This document shows, in pieces, positions 36,737-49,831 of a stretch of DNA of 64,000 nucleotides (positions are counted from its first letter, which is position 1; the number at the start of each line of letters is the position of its first letter). A program made the translations under genes and the position numbers. This DNA is from Felis catus. Lineage: Eukaryota. Location of the stretch: positions 6,326,001-6,390,000 of the forward strand of contig NC_058369.1 of NCBI RefSeq assembly GCF_018350175.1, read 5' to 3'. The notes beneath the pieces are model-generated. The model worked only from the letters and a program-made list of their open reading frames with translations, did not search any database and was not told where the DNA came from.

Positions 36737-37836
36737 TTTATTTTTTTTATTTTTATTTTTTTAAATGTTTTTATTTTTGAGACAGAGAGAGACAGAACAT
36801 GAGCAGGGAAGGGGCAGAGAGAGAGGGAGACACAGAATCTGAAGCAGGCTCCAGGCTCTGAGCTGTCAGCACAGAGCCTGACGCGGGGCTCGAACTCACA
36901 GACTATGAGATCATGACCTGAGCTGAAGTCGGACGCTTAACCAACTGAGCCACCCAGGCACCCCAGGAGTCAGGATTTTAAACACAGGTAATAGATCTTC
37001 TGAGCCTGTGTGCTTAACTGAACACTATGTCACCCTCCTAGACCATTAAAACCTCCTTCTGTTACTAACTTGCTACAGTTTTACATCAGGGCTGGATCAG
37101 GTTTGGGCTGTTTATAGAATGATTGGAAAGTTTTCCATCTATTTTGGAAATTTTTACCTATTTCTTGAATTTTGAAGGTGGAATAATGATATAGCCTTTG
37201 AGATTGACCATTTTTTGGAGGGGTTATTTTTGATAATATCTTTCGGTTTTTTCATCATTATTTATTGATTCATTCAGATGTTCTACTCTTTCTCATTAAA
37301 AAAATTTTTTTTTTATTTTTAAGCGATCTCTAACACCCGACATGGGGCTCGAACTCACAACCATGAGATCAAGAGTTGTGTGCTCTAGGGACTGAGCCAT
37401 CCGGGTGCCCTGGTGTTTTAATCCTTCTTGAGTTAATATTGGTAACATATATATCTGTAGGGATCTCAAATTCCATGGAGATTTTCAAATTTTTCAGCGT
37501 AGTGTTGTATGCCGTATTCTTTTATTGTAAAAAAGCCCCAGTTTGCCTGGGTGGCTCAGTCGGTTAAGCAACCGACTTCGGCTCAGGTCATGATCTCACA
37601 GTTTGTGAGTTCAAGCCCCGTGTCGGGCTCTGTGCTGACAGCTCGGAGCCTGGAGCCTGCTTTGGATTCTGTGTCTCCCTCTCTCTTTGCTCCTCCCCCA
37701 CTCACGCTCTCTCTCCCTCTCTCTGTGTCTCAAAAATAAATAAAAACATTTTTTAAAAAGCCCCAGTAGATCTAGTTTTAGAGAATACTGCTTGTTTTCT
37801 ATTTCTTGGACAAACTGGCTATTCAGTTCCCAAATC

Positions 37837-37881
<45 letters not shown>

Positions 37882-38590
37882 CTAATTGATGAAGGTCTTT
37901 GAAACTCATTACAAATTCCTTTCTCAGCTTTTGTTGCTTTTTTACTGACCGCTTGAGTTGCATGCTTCGGAAGTTTATTTCTACAGTAGCACAGTAGAGA
38001 GAGGTGTTCATGTCATGAAATGTAGGAGGGAGAGGGGCAGAGGAAGTAAACTTTAAGCTGTGTTTTGATGAATGGACAGAAGTTTTCTAGGTGGAGAAGT
38101 CCTTTCCAGTTGAGACAGCGGCCACAGAGAGATGAAACTCCTGTGTTTGCTAGAAACGATTATTGGCGGTAATTATTGGCACGCGCAGTTGAACAAACAG
38201 ATGAGTGACATTTGTAGCAATATATTGATCTATTGTATTTATAATGTATTATGATGTAATATATTAATACGTTTGTGGGATTGTTTGATTCAACTGTAAG
38301 CTCCAGGAGGCTTACAGAGACCACTGTTTTCTGGTGCCAATTCCAGGACCTGGCCCAAAGAGGGCGCTCCAGGGGTGCCTGGGTGGCTCAGTCGGTTAAG
38401 CGTCCGACTTCCGCTCAGGGCGTGATCTCACTGTTCGTGGGTTCGAGCCCCGCCCCGGGCTCTGTGCTGACCGCTCAGAGCCTGGAGCCTGCCTGGGATT
38501 CTGTGTCTCCCTCTCTCTCTGCCCCACCCCAGCTCGCACTCTGTCTCTGTCTCTCTCAAAAATAAACATTTAAAATTTTTTTTAAAAAGA
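36737..38590. mobile_element. Four CanSINEs (36737-36965 -, 37300-37411 -, 37545+, 38372+) amid MIR and L1 relics
   Basis: Target duplications ggagtcaggatttt and aaaaagccccagt. Confidence 0.88.
37842..37880. repeat. (TG)n microsatellite
   Basis: Perfect dinucleotide run. Confidence 0.95.
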
Positions 38591-39057
38591 GGGGGCTCCA
38601 TGAATATTTATTGAAGAAACAATAAATTCCCAAGATGCCTGCAGGGACCCGAGCCTTGTTCCAGGGACTGGGGACACAGTAGTGAAGAGAGCCTTTCTGA
38701 TGGGTGGTGCTGAAAGATTTCATTTGGCTGAAACATAGGGAGCCAGAGAGTGTGGTGGGAGGTCAGCAGGGGCAACTATGAGGGGCCTTGCCAGTCCACT
38801 GAGCCCTGGACACCAGGTGAACTGTATTGTATTGAAGATAAGAAAAGCCCCAGGGTTGCAGTGCTGAGAATGGACTCTAGGGGGCAGGAGCGGAAGCTGG
38901 GAGGTCCGGGAGGAGGCGCCGCGCGGGACACAGGTGGGAGGGGAAGGGTCTGCAGAGCCTGAATGGGACCCGGCAGGTGCGTGTGTCCTAGAACTACTTT
39001 GGACTCAAAGGGACCGCATCGCTTTTATCTTCAGTGGCTTTGTTGAGGTGTAAGTGA

Positions 39058-40184
39058 TCGTGGCCGATATTTTCGTTGGAAGCATCTTTGCTGCAAAGAT
39101 TTCTGCCCCTTGACTAATTGACCTCGAGGCCATTTTGCCGTAAAATCACAAACAATCGAAAGGGGACAGTGAAAAGGACGTAATGAAACATGAAAAATGG
39201 ATAACAAAATTAGAAAGACTTTATTGCGAAATACAACATATTGGAATGCATTCCACACGTGCCGTGTAGATTCGTGGGCAAATAAATGAATCAGTTACTT
39301 GGGAGAGTAACTGACTTCCTTTTGTGGACGGTACCTAAGGCCTTGTCTCCGAAGTCTTTTGTTCATAACGTTGTGCACGTACTTGTGGATTCTTCTCTTC
39401 ATTTGGTGTCCTGCTTTTTCTTTCTTTTCGTGAACATTCCTTCTTTCATTAAGAAAGGTGTCCTGTGCTCAGTCGCCAGAGCATCTGACTGTTGATCTCA
39501 GGATCTGGGGTTCGAGTCCCACGTGGGGTGTAGAGATTCCTTAAAAAAAAAAAAAAAAAAAAAAGAGGGGCGCCTGGGTGGCTCAGTCGGTTGAGCGTCC
39601 GACTTCAGCCAGGTCATGATCTCGCGGTCCGTGAGTTCGAGCCCCGCGTCAGGCTCTGGGCTGATGGCTCAGAGCCTGGAGCCTGTTTCCGATTCTGTGT
39701 CTCCCTCTCTCTCTGCCCCTCCCCCGTTCATGCTCTGTCTCTCTCTGTCCCAAAAATAAATAAACGTTGAAAAAAAAATAAATAGATAAAAAATAAAAAA
39801 CATTAAAAAAAAAAAAGAAATGTATCCGTTTCCAAATACTGTCTGCATATTTGTAACAGATTTTTATTGCCCCGTGAGAGCCTTCTCCACTGTTGTTTGT
39901 TTCTGCCATATTTCACACGGCCATCCGTTGGTAGATGTTGCAAAGCTCTGTGGGTTACAGGGGCTCAACACTGTGCCACTGTATAGACCGTTGTGAGGGC
40001 CAAGATTCATACAGTGTGAATATGAGAGTGCCGTGTCAACGGAGAAATGAAACCAAACTGTTAACCAGTTACTTTTTTAATCTTTTATGGCGAAATTGCC
40101 TTATGGCCAATTAGTTAAGTGGCGAAAGTGCTTGCAGTGAAAACGTCCGCGGCGAAGACGTTTATGGCAAAAGTACCTAGAGCC
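39058..40184 (-). mobile_element. Ricksha-like MULE/MuDR DNA transposon with long TIRs and a transposase remnant, interrupted by two SINEs
   Basis: 39058-39145 is an imperfect inverted copy of about 40084-40160; the minus strand reads ETNNSGEGSH...SIWKRI, like the MULE RTNNxxEGWH...SIWKFI motif. Confidence 0.75.
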
Positions 40185-40288
40185 AAACTGACACCTGATA
40201 CGTTGCACATATTTAAAGTAAAACATCTGATGAGTTCTAACGTTTCATACACCTGTAAGACCATCATCATAGTTAAGATCATGTATGC

Positions 40289-41505
40289 GGGCGCCTGGGT
40301 GGCTCAGTCGGTTGAGCGTCCGACTTCCGCTCAGGTCACGATCTCAGGGTCGGTGAGTTCGAGCCCTGCGTCAGGCTCTGGGCTGATGGCTCAGAGCCTG
40401 GAGCCTGCTTCCGATTCTGTGTCTCCCTCTCTCTCTGCCCCTCCCCCGTTCATGCTCTCTCTCTCTCTCTCTCTGTCTCAAAAATAAATAAATGTTAAAA
40501 AAAATTTAAAAAAAGGATCATGCACCCATGCACCCCTAAAGTTATGGGGTGCATGGGTGGCTCAGTGGGTTAAGTGTCCGACTTAGGCTCAGGTCATAAT
40601 CTTGCGGTTTGTAGATTCGAGCCCCTTGTTGGGCTCTGTGCTGACAGCTCAGAGCCTGGAGCCTGCTTCGGATTCTGTGTCTCCCTCTCTCTCTGTTCTT
40701 CCCTTGCCTGCGCTCTCTCTCTGTCTCTCGAAAATGAATAAATGTTAAAAAAAATTAATTTCCTACTGTCCCCCGATATTGTTCCCTTCTGTCTCACCCC
40801 TGCCCCCACATCACCAATTTAAAAAAAAACTGATACGTTTTCTTTTCGTTTTGTTGTTGCTTGTTGGTCTGAACATGTGATCTCCCTCGACATGATGATT
40901 TTGAGATTCATTCAGGTTGTCCTGCGCGTCCAGAGTTTGTTCTCCGTTTCACCAGCAGGCGGATATAGCATAACTTCGTTATTTGCCCGCCTGAGAATGG
41001 GCGTTGGGTTTGTTTCCATTTTCTGGAGGTTACAGAAAGAGCGGCGGACGTTCCGTTCAGATCTGCACGTGGACGTGGGCGTTCCCGTCTTCCGGGCGAA
41101 TACTCAGGAATGCAAAGGCTGGCTGTATGGGAAGTGCACCTGCGATTTCTCAGGAAACCACCAAACTGCTTCCCCAGTGTCGCTACCATTTCGCGCCCCC
41201 GTCAGCGGTGTATCGAATTCTAGTTCCTCCAGCTCCTTGATGGCACCTGGCCTGGTCATTGGTTTTAATTTGGGCCATTCTGGTGGATGAGGAGTGGTAT
41301 CTCACTCGTGCTCTGTCTCTCTCTCTCTTGCTCAAAAATAAATAAATAAACATTATAAAAAAATTATAAAACAAAAAAGGATCCGACTTTGGCTCAGGTC
41401 ATGATCTCATGATTCATGAGTTCGAGTCTTGGTTCGGGCTCTCAACTCTCAGCACAGAACCCGCTTTGGATCCCCTCTCTCTCTCTCTGCCCATCCCTGC
41501 TTGTG

Positions 41506-41544
<39 letters not shown>

Positions 41545-41751
41545 AAATAAATAAAAATCATTAAAAAAAATAAACAGAGGGTGTCTGGGTGGCTCAGTCG
41601 GTTAAGCGTCCGACTTTGGCTCAGGTTGTGATCTCGTGGTTCGTGAGTTCGAGCCCCGTGTCGGGCTCTGTGCTGACAGCTCGGAGCCTGGAGCCTGCTT
41701 CAGATTCTGTCTCTCCTTCTCTCTCTCTCTCTGCCCCACCCCTGCTCATGC

Positions 41752-41783
<32 letters not shown>

Positions 41784-43011
41784 AAAAATAAATAAAATCA
41801 TTAAAAAAAATAAACAGAGGGGCGTCTGGGTGGCTCAGTCAGTTAAGCGTCCGACTTCGGCTCAGGTCATAATCTTGGGGTTCCTGGGTTCCAGCCCCGC
41901 CTCGGGCTCTGTGCTGACGGCTCAGAACTTGGAGCCTGCTTCGGATTCTGTGTCTCCCTCTTTCTCTGCTCCTCCCCTCCTCATGCTCTGTCTCAAAAAT
42001 AAATGAACATTCAAAAATTTGTTTTGAAAAAAATAAAAAGAGCATGGTTTTTTGGGGTAATTTTTACTGTATTTTTTGTACTTAAAATTTTATATAAGTA
42101 ACATCAGAGTGTAATATCTTTAAAAATACCGTGCTGGGGCGCCTGGGTGGCGCAGTCGGTTGAGCGTCCGACTTCAGCCAGGTCACGATCTCGCGGTCCG
42201 TGAGTTCGAGCCCCGTGTCGGGCTCTGGGCTGATGGCTCAGAGCCTGGAGCCTGTTTCCGATTCTGTGTCTCCCTCTCTCTCTGCCCCTCCCCCGTTCAT
42301 GCTCTGTCTCTCTCTGTCCCAAAAATAAATAAACGTTGAAAAAAATTTTTTTTTAAAAATACCGTGCTAAAAAAATAAGAAAAAATTTACCATCTTAACC
42401 ATTTCTAAGTGTACACTTCTCAGTGCAACCCAAATCCAGAAACTTCTAATCTTGTAAAACTGGAAGTCTATTCTTTTTAAAGAGTTTTTTTTTAATTGTG
42501 AAAAATGTTAAGCCTACAGAAAACTGCCTAGTTACTTCTAATTCTGTTACTTTATGTTATTCTCTGTCCAGCATTTGTCCCTCACACAATCTGAAAATTA
42601 CTTATTTATTTATGTGCTTATGGTCTGTCTTCCTCACTAAAACATAAATTCATGAGAGCGAGGACTCTGCCTGTCTTCATCCTTACTGTGCTCAGTAAAT
42701 TTTTCTTTTCTAAAATGTTACCAACGTGTAACGTTCATTTTGCTCAGAACAGAGGGTGGTGAGGTTGGATTTCATTTTATTTTATTATTTTATTATTTTT
42801 TAAAATGTTTTTAATTTATTTTTGAAGGAGAGAGAGAGACAGAGCATTAGTGGGGGAGGGTCAGAGAGAGAGGGAGACACAGAATCCGAAGCAGGCTCCA
42901 GGCTCCCAGCTGTCAGCACAGAGCCCGATGTGGGGCTCAAACCCACGAACCGTGAGATCGTGACCTGAGCCGAAGCCGGACGCTCAACAGACTGAGCCAC
43001 CCAGGCGCCCC
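40289..43011. mobile_element. CanSINE-rich block (40289+, 40546+, chain 41300-42040+, young 42136+, 42772-43011 -)
   Basis: Multiple complete heads and tails; 15-bp target duplication taaaaataccgtgct around the 42136 copy. Confidence 0.9.
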
Positions 43012-43044
43012 AAGATTTCATTTTAAAAGCCATGTATTGGTGAT

Positions 43045-43890
43045 AGGAATATCAACTACCGCAGGCCCTGTGGAAAGCAGTATGGTGGTGTCTAAAAAAA
43101 TTAAAAACAGAATTGCCACGTGATGTAGCAATTCCACTCATGGGTACATAGCCAAAGAAACTGAAGGCTGAGGCTTGAAGAGATACTTGCATACCCATGA
43201 TCATGGCGATAGTAGTCACCATAGCTGAAAGGCAGAAGCAGCCCAAGTGTCTGTGGACGGATGAATGGATAAAGAAAATGCATTGAGGATAAAGGAATAG
43301 CATTGAGCAAACCTGCAAGGCCATTCTGACACCTGCTACAACGTGGGTGAAACTTGAAGACCTTATTCTCAGCAAAACAAGCCACTCACAAAAGGACAGA
43401 TACTGTGGGATTGCACTCATATGAGGTCCCTACCATCAAATTCATCGAGATAGAATTCATAGATGTGGGGAGCCAGGGGCTGGGGAAGAGGGATGGGGAG
43501 TTGGTACTTAATGGGGGACGGAAGTTCAGTTTTGCAAGATGAGAATGTTCTGGAGATGGATGGTTGCACAACAATGAGAATGTACTGAATGCCACCGAGC
43601 TGTGCACTTAAAAATGGTCAAGATAGGGGTGCCTGGGTGGCGCAGTCGGTTAAGCGTCCGACTTCAACTCAGGTCATGATCTCGCGGTCTGTGAGTTGGA
43701 GCCCCGCATCGGGCTCTGTGCTGACAGCTCGGAGCCTGGAGCTTGCTTCGGATTCTGTGTCTCCCTCTCTCTCTGCCCCTTCCCCACTCACGCTCTGTCT
43801 CTCTCTGTCTCAGAAATAAATAAACGTTAAAAAAAAATAAAAAAAATGGTCAAGATGGCACATTTTTGTTGTGTGTATTTTGCCACAACA
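43045..43890 (+). mobile_element. L1 3' portion with an inserted CanSINE (43626-43846)
   Basis: gcaattccactcatgggtacata...gatgaatggataaagaaaatg; target duplication aaaaatggtcaagat around the SINE. Confidence 0.88.
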
Positions 43891-44236
43891 CGAGTCAACT
43901 TTTTTTAATTGCTTAATTGGAAAAGAGTAGTACGTATTGTAAACCAAAACAAAAACAACACAAAAATAGAGAATGTGGAAGTCCCCTGTAGTGATTCCAA
44001 CCACAATAATTACCATTTGTATGGCCTCCCAGAATGTAATAAACACACGTACACATCCGTCTATATAATTTCTTATATCCTCCAATAAATAAATAATACC
44101 CATCTACTTTGCCAAAATGGAATTATACCATACATAATTTTCTGCAACTTTTTTTTGCTATAATAGATCATGTTCACCCTTCTAGGTCATTATCTGAAAA
44201 ACAAGACTTTGCATGCTACTTAAAAGTAGCATGGTG

Positions 44237-47200
44237 GGGGGCGCCTGGGTGGCTCAGTCGGTTGAGCGTCCGACTTCGGCTCAGGTCATGATCTCGCGGT
44301 CCGTGAGTTCGAGCCCCGTGTCGGTCTCTGTGCTGACAGCTCGGAGCCTGGAGCCTGTTTCAGATTCTGTGTCTCCCTCTCTCTCTCTGCCCCTCCCCCA
44401 CTCATGCTTTGTCTCTCTCTGTCTCAAAAATAAATAAAAACATTAAAAAAATTTTTTTAAAGTAGCATGGTGGTATAATATTCTATATTCTATAATATTC
44501 TATGGCAGTGTTTGGCAAACTTTTTCTTAAAGGGCCAGAGAGTAAATATTTAGCTTTTGTAGATCCAATGGTCTCTGTGCCAAAAAAACTTTATTTACAA
44601 AAACCAACCCTTGTTCTATGGTGTGAAAGTTCTTTAGTACTTATTTACTTGGTCCCCTGCAGATGGACAGTGGGGCTGTTTCCTCCCCCTCTTCAAGGAT
44701 TGCAGCAGCAAACATGGGCAGACATTCCTGGGACGGCAGAGACACACGATGGAAGAAGCTGTCTCCGAATCATCCTCCATCAACTCAGAGCGCCCATTTC
44801 ACGGATGTGGAAACTGAGGTCCAGAGACATCAATGAGTGAGAAGGGACTGGAGCCTTGGCATTTATCTTGACTATCCTAACTGACCGAATTCCTCACTTG
44901 GGATCATTTTATTCCTTTTTTCCCCCTGTGCCATTCAGCATGTTCCCACTTTTCAGCCGAGGAGAGAGAAGGGGGGCCAGGCAGGCTGGGTGTATGAACC
45001 TGCTCAGAATAGAGTCGTTTAATCAGCGCCTGCTTGTTTTGGCCTTGCCTGATGGGTGGGCAGAGGATGTGACTTCAATACTGACCTTGGGTTCTCCTGG
45101 ACTGGGACTGGGCACTGAGGTCTCAGACAGAGCGCCATTCCTTGGACCAGAGGTCAGGCCACATAGAACTGTCAGGCTGAGGCTGAGTTCTAAGGATTTT
45201 GTTGGCTGTTGATAGCCTGGTGGTGATGGTGGGAGACAATTATTTTTTAGCGGGACTGTTGATGCGTTCCATTTTTCGATGCAATTCACAGAAGGTTCCA
45301 CTTTCTTTTCTGTTGACGGTCTCAAGAAATAGTCGTCGGCTAATCTTTCCTGGACATTTGCTGTATGTTAAGTGCATAGCCTGCCTCGTCTCGTTTAATC
45401 CGCATTAAATGAATCCACAGACCCAGGAGTCAGATGTGAAGTTCTTACAAGGGGCTGTGAGCATCACCTCTTACCTGCCTGAACTTAGCCGCCTCGGGCC
45501 CTGCTTCAGCCACACCAGCCTCCTGCCATTCTTCCAACAAGCCAGGCATCATCCTGCTTCAGGACCTTTGCACTGCCCCCTCTTGCTAGAATGCCCTTCC
45601 TCTAGATGCCCACATCGCTCCCTCTCTCACTCCTTTCCGATCGCTGCACTGATGTGGCCACATCACAGAGGCTCTCTGGGTCTTCTTATTTAAAAATTTT
45701 TTATGTTTATTTTTTGAAAGACAGAGCGTGAGCACAGGACGGGGAGAGAGAGAGAGAGGGACAGACAGACAGACAGACAGTATCCGAAGTAGGCTCCAGG
45801 CTCTGAGCTGTCAGCACAGAGCCCGATGTGGGGCTCAGACTCACGAACCGTGAGATCGTGACCTGAGCCAAAGTCCGACGCTCAGCGAACTGAGCCATCC
45901 AGGTGCCCCTGGATCTTTCTGTTTAAAGTTTCACTCTTTAAACCACCTCCCTGGCAACATCTGTATTCCTGTTTTATTTTTCTCCTTGGTGTACATCCCA
46001 GCCCAATGGACTTTGTATATGTCAATTACTCATTTTCTTTATTGGGTGTCTCCCTCCACGGCCGCGTGAGAAAAGGAAGTTTTAACCGCTCTGTTCACCT
46101 CTGGACCACCCCCCCCCCCCACCAACATCGGCACCCGATAGACTCAGTAATATTTGCAGAAATATTCATTCTGCAAATGAATATTTGCAGAAACAGCAAG
46201 GTGGGTGCTGTTTTAAAGATGTTTTAAACGTCTGTGGATTTCAGTGCTGCCCTTGGCCCTGCGCTGGCTCCCCCAGAGGAGAGCTCGAAGCCCCTGGAAG
46301 CCTCCCCGCCTCCTTACCCGTCACGGCCCATAGCTAACGACCGACTGCTACAGAAGTACAGGGCTCAGCTCCCTTCCGTGGAGATAGGACAAAGTCTGAG
46401 ACACAGTTCACACGCTGGTGCTCCCCGCAGGATGGGAGCTCCTCTTTAATACATCCTTGCATCCAAATCCTTGGCTTGGAACCCACCCCACGGGACCCGG
46501 ATCACCAGAGCCCAGTTAGTGCTGCCATGCGGTCGGTGTTTCACGAACGCAAGTGACCAAGGAGCTGCTGCTCCCAAGGCAAAGCCAGCTTCTCACTCCA
46601 CACACCCTCCCGGGGGCTGCTCATCCTCTGTCGTGGCGGAGGGACTCTCCTGCCTCGCCCTGGGCTCTAATATCTAGCTGCCTCCTGGATATTCCTCCTG
46701 GGTATCCCGCCCCAGACCCAGCACATCCCCAAACTGACCCCAACATCGTCATTCACTGGACAGGCTGCAGACGGACGGGGGGAAACATGGAAAGAATCCG
46801 AATTCTGATTCTACGGAATTTAGGAGCCTGGAGCCACCCAGTATTCAAAACTTCCTCGTTCCAAGGCACGTTATGTCCCCTTAAGCCTTTCCTTTTTAAT
46901 GAAGCATAATTGTGTAAATTTAAGGTGTACAACATGTTGATCTGATCTCCAGAACTTGTTTATCCACAGAGTTGCAAGGTTGCGCCCTTCAGTGTTATCC
47001 TCCCAATTTCCCCACCCAGCCCCTGGCAATCACCATTCTATTCTGTTTCTAAGTTTGTTTTTTGATTCCACATCTAAGGGAGATCATACAGTACTTATCC
47101 CTTAAGATTTAAGCAATTTGCTGGGGCACCCGGGTGGCTCAATCGGTTAAGCATCCGACTCTTGGTTTCAGCTCAGGTCACGAGCTCACGGTTCGTGGGT

Positions 47201-48157
47201 TCGAGCCCCGCATTGGGCTCCACACTGGCAGTGAGGAGCCTGCTTGGGATTCTCTCTCTCTCTCCCTCTCTCTCTGCCCCTTTCTTACTCTCTCTCTAAA
47301 TAAATAGGGTTTCTGTCACCTGATAGTATCTGAATTCACTCACACCTCTGCTCTTAGTTTACAATCCCAGTGGATATGCTAATGAAGGAGGCGCACAACG
47401 TTGCTGGGGCGGAGGGGGAGCATTGGGGTTGCAAGAACAGCGAAGAGGGTCACCTAAACTGAGCCGTGGGTCTGGAGATGGTGGGGGAAGTCTTCTCCCA
47501 AGAGGTTAGCATTAGTCGGCAAAGGAGAGTGAGTTGGGCTGAAAAACAGAATTTGCAGGTAGAAGAAAGAGCACGTGCAGAGGCTCTGAGGCTGGAAGAG
47601 TTTGTTCTGTTCCCCCCCACCCCCCTGCTGCAAAGTGTTGGGAACGGCCAGAGCAAAGGGGGCCTGTGCTATGGGGGGAGAGGTAAAGATGAGATTCTGA
47701 GATTATCAGGAGCCTTGAACGGGGTGCTCAGATTTCAGCCTGGGGGCAGCGGAGAGCCGCGGGAGGCGTCCAGCTGGGAGGTGAGGAGGCCAGAACCCCT
47801 GCGGGGGGAGGCCATGGCCTCAGCGTACTCATCTGCAGGATGGGGATAATATCCGCCACATATGGAAATGGGCAGGAATATATATATTAATGCCGGCAAA
47901 GGGTTTGATCCCACGCATGGCACGTAGGAAGCCTCCGATAATTTTAATTTTTTTTAACGTTTACTTATTTTTGAGACAGAGAGAGACAGAGCATGAACGG
48001 GGAGGGTCACAGAGAGAGGGAGACACAGAATCTGAAACAGGCTCCAGGCTCTGAGCTGCCAGCACAGAGCCCGACGCGGGGCTCGAACCCACGGACCGTG
48101 AGATCATGAACTGAGCCGAAGTCGGACGCTTAACGGACCGAGCCACCCAGGCACCCC
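44237..48157. mobile_element. Dispersed CanSINEs (44237+, 45690-45909 -, 47123+, 47942-48157 -) with a MER58 remnant (about 44505-44590) and MIR/L2 pieces
   Basis: Consensus SINE structure; target duplication ttaaaagtagcatggt. Confidence 0.82.
46240..46445. mobile_element. LTR16-like ERVL LTR fragment
   Basis: catagctaacgaccgactg...cagctcccttcc...ggacaaagtctgag...ctccccgcaggat pattern. Confidence 0.55.
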
Positions 48158-48509
48158 AGCCTCCGATAACTTTAGAACGAAAGTAGCAGGAGAAGAGAAG
48201 GGGAAGAAGGACCAGGGTATGGTGGTTCGGCACCTACCCTCCACACTCGCTCACTGGCCGGCTCTGTGGGCTGCACCTCTGTGCCTCGGCTTCCCCATCT
48301 GTAAGAGAGGACCAACGGTAGGATGCTGGAACAGCATGCTGTTCGTGGGGAGTCAAGGTTCTAGCACCTGGGCACTATAAACTCCGGGAGAGTATTTGTT
48401 AGGGACCCTTCCCTCCTCGACTGTCCCCGTGTGGTCTGCCACCACACCCTTATTTACCCAGTGATGCTTTCCTCACTTGCATTACTTACACTTACTCCCA
48501 TCTTTGCCT

Positions 48510-49340
48510 TGCAGTAAAATATACGTAACAGAAAAGTCACCATTTAAACCCTTTTCAACTGTGTGGTTCTGTGCACATTTCAACTGTGCACGTTCACACG
48601 GCGGTGCAAAGGTCACCGCCATCCGTCCCCAGAACTTTCTCGTCTCTGCCAACTGAGACTCTGCCCCCACGGAACACTGGCCCTCCACCCCTTCCCTCCG
48701 GCCCCTGGCTCCCACCATCTACTCTCTGCGTCTGTGGAAGGGACTCCTCAGGGACCTGCTGGGAGCGGAAGCCTGTGGTATCTGTCCTTCTGCGACGGGC
48801 TTGTTTCACTGAGCCCAATGTCCTCCAGGTTCACTCTGCTGTATAAGGTGTCAGAACGAGCTTCCTTTTCAAGGCTGATTGATATTCCATTGCATGACGG
48901 GCACCTGGGTGGCCCGGTCGGTGGAGCGTCTGACTTCGGCTCAGGTCACCATCTCACAGCTCATGAGTTCGAGCCCCGCGTCGGGCTCTTTGCTGACAGC
49001 TCGGAGCCTGGAGCCTGCTTCGGATTCTGCATCTCTCTCCCTGCCTGACCCTTCCCTGCTTGCACTCCCTCTCCCTCTCTCTCTCTCCTCTCTCTCAAAA
49101 ATAAAATAAACATTAACAAAATATTCCATTGTATGAATGGGCCACGTTTTGTTTGTCCGTTCACCTACTGACAGACATTTGACGCCTGCTATGAACATGG
49201 GTGTGCAGATAAATCCTCGATCCTTCTGCATCCCAGAAGTGGATTGCTGTGGATCCTACGTTACCTGTGTGTTTAAGTTCTGAGGAGCGTCCAGACTGTT
49301 TTCCACGGCGGCTACACCATTTGACCCACGATTCCACTCT
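48510..49340 (-). mobile_element. L1 3' portion with an inserted CanSINE (48899-49120)
   Basis: Antisense L1 3' UTR motifs; atattccattg duplicated around the SINE. Confidence 0.8.
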
Positions 49341-49788
49341 TGCCCCGTAGTGCATTCTCCACCAACAGCCAGCCTGGTCTTAGGACAGAAACCGTCCATC
49401 CCCCAGGCACAAATACTCCATCTCACCTACTAGGCTCTGGGATTAGCGGTGCCCAGCACAGGACATCGGCCTTCCTGTAGTTTATGGTTGAAATCGAGGC
49501 AGCAAATGATGTAAAGACACAACTGATAGCAAACTCAGGTGGTGATAACTACAAGGGGGAGAGAGACAGAGAGCGAGGGTGGCAGAGATCCCTGGGGGTG
49601 AGGATGTGATGCAGATTTTAAAACAGGGTGGCCAGAGAAGTTGTCGCCGAAGTGAACGTTTGAGCAGAGGTCAGAAGGGAGGGGGCCAGGTGGGTATCTG
49701 TGGGAAGAGTGTTCTAGGCAGAGGGCACAGACCTGTGCAAAGGCCCTGGGGCAGCGCTGGGTCTGGTGTGTTGGGGGAACAGGGAGGA

Positions 49789-49790
<2 letters not shown>

Positions 49791-49828
<38 letters not shown>
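49791..49828. repeat. (GT)n microsatellite
   Basis: Perfect dinucleotide run. Confidence 0.95.
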
Positions 49829-49831
<3 letters not shown>

